Source: Squalus acanthias (Eukaryota). Taken from it: a stretch of 64,000 nucleotides of DNA. Shown here piece after piece: positions 53,101-61,809 of the stretch. The notes under the pieces were generated by a model that made no database searches, was not told where the DNA came from, and saw only the letters and a program-made list of their open reading frames with translations. The stretch covers positions 140,804,001 to 140,868,000 of the forward strand of contig CM059431.1 in the NCBI GenBank assembly GCA_030390025.1. The letters run 5' to 3'. How positions within the stretch are numbered: the first letter of the stretch is position 1; every line of letters starts with the position of its first letter. The translations under genes were made by a program, and so were the position numbers.

Positions 53101-54134
53101 ATTAAGGCATCTAAAGTATGTCCATTAATTGATGCTTTTGTAGCTGCATGGAATAGGTTCTGAGGACAAGCAGCTGTAATTGGTGTCGTTGCACAAAGAG
53201 TGGCTGAAACTCTAGGTGTGTTTCTTCGAGAGAAAACCCGAGAGGAAGCACGATAGATTTTAGCCGGAACATCTTGATAGGCCCTTACCGGGGCAGTTCG
53301 GTAGGACTTAGCTTGATAAGCCCTCGTAGAGGCTCTTGATAGGCAAACCTTTGCAAAATTACCCTTTTTGTTGCAATGACTGCAAAACGCATTGCGAGCA
53401 GGGCAGAATTTCCGAGGGTGAAACTCATCACCACAAAAGAAGCATTTCTTAGATTGCCAAGAGGCTGCCACAGTGGGGTCATCCTCCTCTTCATCAGTGA
53501 AGTCATCAGATTGATCGTCAGGGATAAAGTCCTCCCTAATAGAGTTCACCTGTGGCCTCTTAAATTGCCTGACTGTAGTTAAGGCAGCAGACCGAGGTCT
53601 GGGCACTGTATAAAGGTCTGCATTTCTTTTTGCCAGATCTAGAGAGCAAGCCATGTCATAAGCTCTCTGAAGCTCAAGTGTCTTACTTTCCAGTAGACGC
53701 TGGCGTATAAATGGGGAGGCAAGCCCGCAGATGAAAGCATCACGGATCATTTCTTCACGGTACAGCTCAGCTGAGGCCGCCTGAAAGTTACAGTCCATAC
53801 TAAGTCTGCGAAGCTCTTGGAGGAATTTATCAATGGATTCCTCCGGCCCTTGTTGGGCTGTAGCTAGTAGATGTCTGGCATAGACCTCATTCGGTGTCTT
53901 AGTATATAGTCTTTTAAGCGTCCGAATTGCCTCCTCGTAACTGCCCCATTCCTCAACATACTGAAATACATTCGGAGTGACACAGTTGATGAGTATCCGC
54001 AACTTTGTGTCATCATCAGCCTTGCAATATTCGAGAAAATTGTCAAACGTGCGATACCAGTGTTTCCACACCTTACCGGCTGCTGGGGTGTTTGGGTCCA
54101 AGTCAAGACGCGATGGTTTAAGGATGTTTTCCAT
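50178..54134 (-). CDS. Gag-Pol polyprotein, 1318 aa (Gag with zinc knuckles, aspartic protease, RT, RNase H, integrase)
   Basis: CFFCGDEFHPRKFC knuckle, LIDSGS, LPFG...YLDN, VECDAS...EKEA...ITD, HHCC, IDFKGP/HSDRG/NGQVER; RT-RH-IN order indicates Ty3/Gypsy; no env or chromodomain seen. Confidence 0.97.
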   Translation of the reverse strand: MENILKPSRLDLDPNTPAAGKVWKHWYRTFDNFLEYCKADDDTKLRILINCVTPNVFQYVEEWGSYEEAIRTLKRLYTKTPNEVYARHLLATAQQGPEESIDKFLQELRRLSMDCNFQAASAELYREEMIRDAFICGLASPFIRQRLLESKTLELQRAYDMACSLDLAKRNADLYTVPRPRSAALTTVRQFKRPQVNSIREDFIPDDQSDDFTDEEEDDPTVAASWQSKKCFFCGDEFHPRKFCPARNAFCSHCNKKGNFAKVCLSRASTRAYQAKSYRTAPVRAYQDVPAKIYRASSRVFSRRNTPRVSATLCATTPITAACPQNLFHAATKASINGHTLDALIDSGSTDNFITEQIVAELKLHVFPSDQAIAMAQSSLNTRISGFCMVEITLNGHRYPSTRLSVLKDLCSDLILGLDFQKQHKKLTIEFGGSKPELTISNIRPRLPFCALSTASLDEPSLFTSIPPRCKPIITKSRRFSQEDQSFIAAEISQLLAEDIIEPCSSPWRAQVVIVKNPLQPHKKRLCIDYSQTINQYTDLDAYPLPRIDDMVNKLAEYTVFSTYDLKSAYHQVPLKVSDKQYTAFEANGRLYQFRRLPFGVTNGVAVFQRAMDDLVKQEDLKDTFPYLDNITVAGRNQREHDANLQRFRDALQHRNLTLNAAKSIESQPTINILGYCVGNGIIKPDPERLRPLQELPPPKNPASLRRALGLFAYYAKWISNFSDRIQPLLKTSTFPLDTAAVAAFNLLKKQLEKAALHSIDESLPFVVECDASKVAISATLNQEGRPVAFLSRTFQGAELHYPPVEKEATAIIEAVRKWTHLLARQHFTLITDQRSVVFMLDNRKRTKIKNNKIQLWRLELASFGYTIHYRPGKENVAPDTLTRAFCSAMAPSTLVDIHDGLCHPGVTRLLHFVRSRNLPFSTGDVKKRCSDCRVCAELKPQFFRPSGGILIHATQPMQRLSIDFKGPLPSSTRNTYLLTMVDEYSRFPFAFPCPNMLTTTVISCLEQVFAFCGMASYVHSDRGPSFMSGELKAYLSERGIAASRTTPYHPVGNGQVERFNAIIWNAVRLALRSRGLPNQQWEAVLPDTLHSTRSLLSTATNTTPHERFFRFQRRSSYGISLPSWLTAPGPVLLRRYVRASQNDPLVDEVELTDVNPTYAYIRYPDGRESTVSLRDLAPCPPKHRGTPGDDIVPGTSLGSPGASHHDLDLTPAGTSLQRADLGQTDCEPVGARTRSHDPPRTIRSETDLPQPCPTPVQAPVHSQDRPDPSQSGLDHSDSGPRPAAGKRARGPLPLREPKRVRLSLVRRLRNGGSIPAS

Positions 54135-54212
54135 GATGGGTGATTCCCTGGATCCTTAGTTCCGAGTTCGTCCAAAAAGTTTGAGTGCAAAGTTTTTCAA
54201 AGTTGATTAAAT

Positions 54213-54406
54213 TGTCGTAAGAATGAGCCTTACGCGTGGTGAACTTAAAGTAAGCTTTAATCAACTAAAAAGGTGCTACATACAAAAGAGGTCTTACTCT
54301 ATGCCTCTCCAGGATCCAACTGCTCAGTCCAGTATTTATCCTGGACTAATCACAGGAAGTGATGCAATAAAGTTCGAGTCACAGGAAGCTGTATTGTGTT
54401 ACCACA
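54213..54406 (-). repeat. 5' LTR of the Gypsy element
   Basis: Appears identical to 49965-50158; contains two ACAGGAAG motifs, a TATA-like ATAAATA and ATTAAA. Confidence 0.97.
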
Positions 54407-55269
54407 CATCCCATCCAGACCAGTGACTTTTCCACTTTGAGCGCTGTCAACTGTTTTAGTACATCCTCTTGATCTATTTATATCCTGTCCAATTTCTCTA
54501 CCACCTTCTCCTTTACTGTCACATTGGCAGCATCCTCTTCTTTAGCGAAGGCAGATGCAAAGTAATCATTTAGTACCTCAGCCATGCCCACTGCATCCAC
54601 AAGAAGATTGCCCTTTTGCTACTTAATCGTCGCACCTTTTCGTTGACTGTCCTTTTAGGCTTTATATGTTTAAGAAAAATGTTACTATTCCCTATTGTAT
54701 TGCCATTAATCTTTTCTCATACCATTTCCTTGCCCCTCTCAGTTCATTTTCATTCATCCTCTGTACTTTCTGTATTCAGCTTGATTCCCTGCTGTGCTGT
54801 TGTTGCTGTGTGTTTATTATACCAGTGTCTGCGTGTGTGAAACAGCAGAAAAATTAATCTTACAAGATATCAAACTTGGTTATAATTTAATGCCCGCGAA
54901 TAACATCAACTATAGTTTGGAGAAATGACTGATCTGAGACTGAATCGCTTTTACATTTCCTCAGTGGGGAAAGGAAAGGACGCTGACTGAGAGTTTGATT
55001 GGACGGACGTGCGAGGGCCCACATAGCGAGACACGCACAAGTGGAGAATTGTGATTGTAAAACAGCAGTCAGATCAAAGCAATTATGTATTTAAGGAGTT
55101 TACGATGATTGTAAGATCCCTATAGATATTCCAAACAAAAATTTTGGGCGTCACCAATCTGCTTAATGATACACAACTGAAAACATTGCACATTAGTGTT
55201 AATATTAGAGTAGCAGTGGTGAATGTCCTCACCTCCTACAGTGCTCATCAGTCAGCTGCTAACATCATA

Positions 55270-55900
55270 AGCGACACCCTTAGCATTATTACTAGAGGAA
55301 AAGAGAATAAAAACAAGGAAGTTATGTTAACACTTTATAGAAGACTGGTTCGACCTCAGCTGGAGAATTGTTTTCAATTCGGGGCACCACACTTTAGGAA
55401 GGATATCAAGGCCTTGGAGACGATGCAGAAGAGATTTGAGAGAATTGCACCAAGGATGAGGGACCTCAGTTATTGGGAGAGACTGGAGAAGCTGGTTTGT
55501 TCTCTTTAAAGCAGAGATCGTTAAGAGGAGATTTCGTAGATGAGTTCAAAATCATGAATGGTTTTGATGAGTAAACTGTTTCCATTGGCAGAAGGGTCGG
55601 TAACCAGAGGTCACAGATTTAATGATAGTAGAAAAAGGACCACAGGCGACGTGAGGAAACATTCTGTTACACAGCGAGTTGGTGTTATCTGGAATGCATT
55701 GCCCGAAAGGGTGGTGGAAGCAGATTATGTTGTAACATTGAAAAGAGAATTGGATAACTACTTAAAGGGAAAACATTTACAGGGCTATGGGGAAAGAGAG
55801 GGACAGTGGTAATAATTTGATAGCTCTTCCAAAGAGCTGGCACAGGCATGAAGGGCGGAATGACCTCCTTCTGTGCTGTAGCATGCTACGATTCCATGAT
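55270..55900 (+). mobile_element. CR1 3' fragment
   Basis: LVRPQLENCFQFGAPHFRKD, TQRVGVIWNALP, 3' UTR. Confidence 0.88.
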
Positions 55901-56849
55901 GCTTTCTCGCCTAGTCAATGGAGGTGCATGATGAGGCGATCTCAGCACAGAGGTCCACCGGCAATTGCTAGACCCTGACATTGAAACTATCATATCTGCA
56001 TCTGGTGCTACAGTAATCTGTTACTAGGCACCAGAAGCAGCATCATAGGTTCAATATTGGACTACGAGAGTGATAGAAGGCCGAAAGTTAACCCTTTGCT
56101 GGAGATTTACTATCTGCGATCGGGGAGCTAGGACAGAAAGCAAACGAGGATCAGTTTTATGGGATGGACAAAGGAGACCATGGGATGGACAATGGAGGCC
56201 ATGACATGGAAAAATTGCCAGATGAGAACATTCGAATGCTGTGGAAAGGTGAATGATGGACAAGGAAGGGTTACACACCATGGTCACAGTCACGGAGGTT
56301 GTAGTTTGTGACTTTGTTCGGGGCAGATTAGAATTAAATAGAAACTGCAGCAGAGAAACAGTCCTTTCGGCCCAAGTGGTCTATGCAGTGTTCATAATCC
56401 ACTTGAAACTCCTCCCACTCTAATTACATCTTTACAGCGTGTCCACATATACGTTCGAGGGCGATAGACAAGTGACACCAATATTAAATAACATTCAGAA
56501 CGCCGGAGACCCAATCCTCCTGGAAAGAATTGAGTGAGTTTGCCGCACTCCCCTCACTTCACTGATAATGAAGCAATTCATAAAAAATATATTGTGCTTT
56601 GTGACCCCACGTAACCCGGAACCCTGTTTAATTATTCACTTTGCAATGAAAAACTCCAGATATGCCTGTAGCATTAGAGTACTGTGTGCAGTATCGCGCT
56701 CCAGACTTTAGGGAGGCTATTGAGCCTCTAGAGAGTGAACAAAACAGATTCACCAGGAAGCTGCCTGGGAGCTGAAAAACAAGCAGAAACAACTATTTCG
56801 AATAACGCCGTTTATTTCATTAGAACAACGCAAATTATGGAGCGATATG

Positions 56850-59060
56850 ATAGATGTGTTTAAAATTATGTGCGGATGGGACAGGGTAGATAGACGCAGG
56901 CTGTTTTCAGCAGTTGAGCTGACACGTATCGAGGAGCCAATGAATTTAATTTTCAGAGTTTGCCAGGCCCACAATGAATTGGATCCGGTATCAAATCTTT
57001 AATAGAAAGAGGAAATGAAAAGGAGACATTTCAGCTCGGTGTATGAATGTTAACCGGTCAACGATGCTGAACTTTCACTTGTTTATCAGAGACATTTACT
57101 GATTCAGTTCCAGTAAGTGAAAGCCGAAGCTTGATACTCATGGGTGTAAACATCCTGATCAAGGCCGAGACTGTTACTCATTAACTGGAGACTGGCTCCC
57201 GGATTTTAACACCATTGTTCTTTGGTTAATAAATGACCAACACTGGAAAATAACCTGTACAGGTGACGGGAATTGTAGAAATATAGGGTATCCAGATCAG
57301 ATTAATATTATAAAAGATCTAACACCGAGATCAATAGAGCTGTGATACGAATGTTGTTCATTCCGGCAGAGTTAGAATCATGACAAAGATAATGATCGAG
57401 AGGTAGATGATTCCAAAGAAGTGTGTTGTGTTAACACAAAGAGCTCACGGTGCCCTTCCCTCTGGTGTTTGATTCCAATAAACTAACAGCGATGTTTGTC
57501 CCTGGATATCTGTGCCCTTTCATAGTTCGATAAAAACAAGGGTTTTTTTTCGGTTAGCAATATAATCAAATTGAGGTCACGGATATGAATCGGGGTACAG
57601 AACGCAATTTCCCTGCGTGGACTTCTGAACCGCAGATGGAAGAGATGGGGGAATATAATCATTTTTACCACACAAATTATTAATTACTTTTGGTAAAGAT
57701 CAGTAGTTCATCAGAATAATTCAAACAGAATGAGACCGTGTGTGATTCAGATCGAGGCCTGCACCAGAGAACAGGGCGGGGAGGGATTGTACTGATTAGG
57801 CTGAAGGTCGGGTTTATGACTGTGCTGTGTAACTGATGTTTACTCAGGGTGTGTTCATTAAACTGTATAACCCACAATGCTGACTTACCCGGACTCTCTG
57901 GAACCAGAATAAGGGACCGCAGCACAAGGTAAGGACCCGGAATATACCGAGCACCATTATAGTGTTTTATTGTAGCAGAACTGACCCAGTGCCATTTCCT
58001 GGTGGAGTAGTTCAATCAGAGTGAGAAGTTGAGATATCAACATTGGATCAGGTAAGAAATCATTGTTTTATTTTTTAGAAATTGCAGCAGCTTCATTTAG
58101 CAGAATAAAACTTCCAAATGTAACCCCACACATTAACATTCTGCTGGTGGAAATATTATTGAAATAGATTTCTAGTTTATGACACGCTTTTAAATAAACA
58201 GTTAGAGATCGAGACTTTTCAACATAAAACACAGCCCCGAACCTTCACTGAAATCCAATATATCCAGCCACGGAAGGTTTCCACTTTGACCCGCATTCAC
58301 TTTAGGATACTGGGAATCATTGCGGCCAAACCGAGGCAAATGCTGCCTTGTTGTCGAGGCGAGTTACGGTCCCGCTACTGATGAATCCATCCGTCACTTT
58401 GCTGATCATTGTGGGGTGGCTGGTAGGGCGGCAATTGGCCTGATTCCTTCTGTCCTTTATTTTGCGGATAGGACATTGTTGGTCATCGAAATCATACCCC
58501 TAAGGAGGTAAAATTTCACTTGAACAGTCTAACAACCATGGTCTGCATGTGCGGTAAGACGCAGTATAAAGCTAAAGGAAGTGACTCACACTAGTGTCAA
58601 GAAAAGCGGTAATCCTGAGACTGGGAGAAGCATAGAAAACAACAAAGGATACAAAGAAAATTTCAGAGCCGCAAAAGGGAATACGAAAATATCTTGCAAG
58701 TAATATAAAAGCGAATATAAAAAAATAATATAAATATATTAAGATTGAGAAAGTGACTGAGGGAGATGTGGTCCATTAATGCCAAACACAGATGATACGG
58801 TAATAGCTAAGAAGGTAACAGCAGATTTATTTAACAAATATTTTTGTCAGTTTTTACAATAGATGAAAAGGACACAATGCCAGTGAGAGAAGGCAACATA
58901 ATTTAAATCTAGGAGAGGAATTTAGTGTGTACATCATCGTAAAAATGTTGCTGGAGAAAATATTGGCAGTTTGGAATGATAAAACTCTACCACCAGATGA
59001 TTTCCACTCAAGGTTATTGAAAGAAGTAGGGTGCAAATTGCAGAAGCGTTAGTTAGAATC
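56850..59060 (+). repeat. Direct segmental duplication, left copy (contains unit copy B and flanking CR1 remnants)
   Basis: Collinear with 61810-64000 from GATGTGTTT.AAATTATG..GGACAGGGTAGATAGACGCAGG to AAATTGCAGAAGCGTTAG. Confidence 0.92.
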
Positions 59061-59480
59061 CTTCAAAGCTTTCTTGTTATGGAATTGTGCTGTTAGACTG
59101 GAAATTGCTATTTAAGATGGGTGTGATAGAAATTTAGGGAACAACATGGATGTCAGTTTAACGTCGGTTAAGGGGAAGCTACTAGAATTGGTCATTAGGG
59201 ATCGAGTGACTGAGTATTTGAGCAAAATGAGCTGATCAGAGAACCAGCATGGCTTTATTGAAGGTAATTCATGTCTGACTAATCTAGTGGAATATTTTGA
59301 GAACATCATTTATAAGGTGGACAACTGAGTGCCTGTGGATGTTGTCGATGTGGACTTGCAGAAGTCATTCGATAAGGTTCCACACAAAAGATAATTGACA
59401 CAAATGAGAGCGCATTGAAATGGAGGCAGCCTTTTAACTTGGTTTAGAAATTGTTACGGAGTTAGGAGAAAGAGTGGGGA
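58560..59480 (+). mobile_element. Degraded CR1 ORF2 fragment
   Basis: Decayed QHGFIEGNSCLTNL and DLQKSFDKVPH coding sequence. Confidence 0.8.
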
Positions 59481-59894
59481 TCAATGGTAGTCACATCTAT
59501 TGACATGTTGCAAGCCTGGCTTGTATGAGCTTGAATATAGCGGATTGAGTGGCAACCTGACCGAGGTGTTTAAAATGTTAAGAAGTTTCGATAGGGTAGA
59601 AAGAGTGAAACTATTTCCTCTGATCGGGGAATTAAGAACATGAGGAGATAGTAAAACTTTAGAATGAGGCCCTAACCTAGAGAAACAACATAATAGACAA
59701 AGTACCACAAGGGGAATTTTAAACAAGGAGATATGTGATCACACGAAAAAATATTGAAGAGGAACATTATCCAGCTGGTTGATGCAGGTTCATTATTGTG
59801 GGGCCATTTCTCGAGTCTGTAACAACATTCGGTGCAGAGAATATGAGACGGGTTTTGGATTGTGCTTTACTTCAAATAGCTGTTAAATATTTTT

Positions 59895-60066
59895 CAAAAT
59901 ACTGCGGATGCTGGAAAGCTGAAATAGAAACAAAGCATGCTGGAAATACTAAGCAGATTACGCAGCATCTGTGGAGACATCTGAAGAAAGGTCATCGACC
60001 TGAAACGTTAAATCTTGCTCTCTCCACAGATGCGGCCTGACCTCCTGAGTGTTTCCAACATTTTCA
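59895..60066. mobile_element. Penelope-type inverted-repeat remnant with hammerhead motif (~59981-60010, plus)
   Basis: Same family as 29186-29341 in tail-to-tail arrangement; CTGAAGA-AAGGTC-ATC-GACCT-GAAA-CGTT. Confidence 0.75.
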
Positions 60067-60192
60067 GCTGTTACACATTGTGTGTGGTGGATGGGAAATT
60101 AGACATCCAGCAGTATGGGGAAGGAAGCAGGAAATGTAATCAGACATGGGGGCAGGTGGAAAGGAAAGGAGAGGGTGAATCAGATATATAGA

Positions 60193-60377
60193 AAGGAGAA
60201 GTCGCGCAACACCAGGTTATAGTCCAACAGTTTTATTTAAAATTACGAGCTTTCGGAGCTGTTGCCCAGGGCAACATCTCCGAAAGCTCGTAATTTAAAA
60301 TAAAACTGTTGGACTATAACCTGGTGTTGTGCGACTTCTCATTTTTGTCCACTCCAGTCCAACACCGGCATCTCCGC
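60193..60377. mobile_element. Palindromic insertion (72-bp arms) with a 14-bp TSD; probably Penelope-derived
   Basis: Arms 60196-60267 and 60269-60340 with 3 mismatches; ATCAGATATATAGA at 60179-60192 and 60378-60391. Confidence 0.85.
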
Positions 60378-60399
60378 ATCAGATATATAGAGCAGAGGG

Positions 60400-61800
60400 C
60401 GAACGGGTGCGGGAATATCGGGCACGGAGCAGGAGGAAAGGATGGGTAAGGGTAAAATTCAGATTGCTGCAGGTGGAGAGAAATAAAGGGTTAGCGGGAG
60501 ATAGTTAGGAGTGGAGGAAGGTTGTAGAGCAGCAGGCAGTTATAGATGCGGGGGGGACATTCAGGCATGGAGCAGGTGGGATGGAAGGTGCATCTGGGGA
60601 AAGAGAGTTTCTACAGAATCAGGCATAGAGCTGATTGGAATGGAAGCAGGTGGGGAAACAGACATAATCCGGTGAGGGAGGGAAACAAACGTTAAAGACC
60701 AGGCATGTAATCGGCGGTGGGGGCAGCAGACAGGTAAAAGGCAGGGATTTCAGACACGGAGCAGGGGGAGCTGTAAACAGACTGGGAGCGGCAGCACAGA
60801 GAAGCAGGAAGGGGATTGAGACACTGAGCAGTCGAAATAGGTTGCCTGAACTTTTAACATTTATATTACATACAAATGCTAATTAGCAAATGAATTTAAT
60901 GTTCAGAGATTCCCCAGTTTCATAATAAATATATTCTGCCGCCAAAATCCAAAAAGAAAGATAAAAAAAATCTGTTAAAATAAATCATGACCACTTAAAG
61001 TAAACAGGGCGGTGAAGCAGGAATGTCACTTGTTTGCCGCACACATTGGCTGATTCAGTTCCAGTTACTGAACTCGGGAACCTGACACTGATGGGTGTTA
61101 ACAACCTGATCAAGGCCGAGACTGTTACTCATTAACTAAAGACTATTTGCTGGAGATTGTAATCAGCGATCTTTGTCCCTTGCCGTCTCTGCCCTTGTCG
61201 GGTCCGATAATAAATTGGTTTTATGGTGAACAATCACATCTTATTGAGGATCTGAAGCTGATTCACGCTACAGAACACGGTTTCACTGCGGGGTCTTCTG
61301 AACCGCAGATGGACGAGCTGTGGGGAAATATAGTCATTGTTACCACACAGAGCATTAATGACTTTTGTTAAAAGCTCAGTCATTTATTAGAACAATTCAA
61401 ACTGAATGCAACCTTGTGTGATTCTGATCGAGCTCCGCCCCAGAGATCAGGGCGGGGAGGGATTGTACTTATCAGGCTGAAGGTGGTGTTCATGACTGTG
61501 AGGTGTAACTGATCTTTACTTAGGGTGTGTTCATTAACCTGCAGAACTCCCAACGTTAACTTACCCGGACTCTCTGGGACCAGAATCAAGAGCCACAGCA
61601 CAAGGTAAGGGCAGGAATATACTGAGCACAATTATTGTCTTTTAATGTACAGAAATTGCATTTTCTTTGAGTAGTTGTTCAAAGATAGTGACAAGTTAAT
61701 ATACCAAAAATGAGCAGGTAATGACGGATGTATTTTGAGAAATTGATTTACTGGATGTTGCGTCAGTTCACGGAATGAAACTTCCATGTGCAATTTCACT
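60400..61800 (+). repeat. Low-copy duplicated unit, copy C (internal deletion near 61150)
   Basis: Matches the reverse complement of 17950-19600, including the purine-rich 60400-60850 tract. Confidence 0.85.
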
Positions 61801-61809
61801 CTAAATATG

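Larger units (their letters stand above)
49965..54406 (-). mobile_element. Intact full-length Ty3/Gypsy LTR retrotransposon (4442 bp)
   Basis: Two 194-bp TG...CA LTRs, CATCC TSD (49960-49964, 54407-54411), polypurine tract at 50159-50171, single Gag-PR-RT-RH-IN ORF. Confidence 0.98.
43420..54790 (-). mobile_element. Old CR1 LINE scaffold in four pieces (43420-43992, 44795-45033, 49427-49964, 54407-54790)
   Basis: CR1 RT sequence is collinear across each insertion, e.g. GGATG-CATCC|CATCCAGACC around the Gypsy element. Confidence 0.8.

Noticed and set aside
57790..57835. Ig/TCR V-segment-like motif (AEGxVYDCxV) and RSS-like CACAGTG heptamers in the duplicated unit
   Set aside because: No upstream Cys/Trp framework, an immediate stop, and no correctly spaced heptamer-nonamer pair or FGxG J motif.
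58235..58510. Exon of the duplicated unit (ORFs 58320-58511 and 63243-63458)
   Set aside because: The minus strand reads as a decayed, internally deleted LINE RT (ANYR..., DNKAAFASVW).
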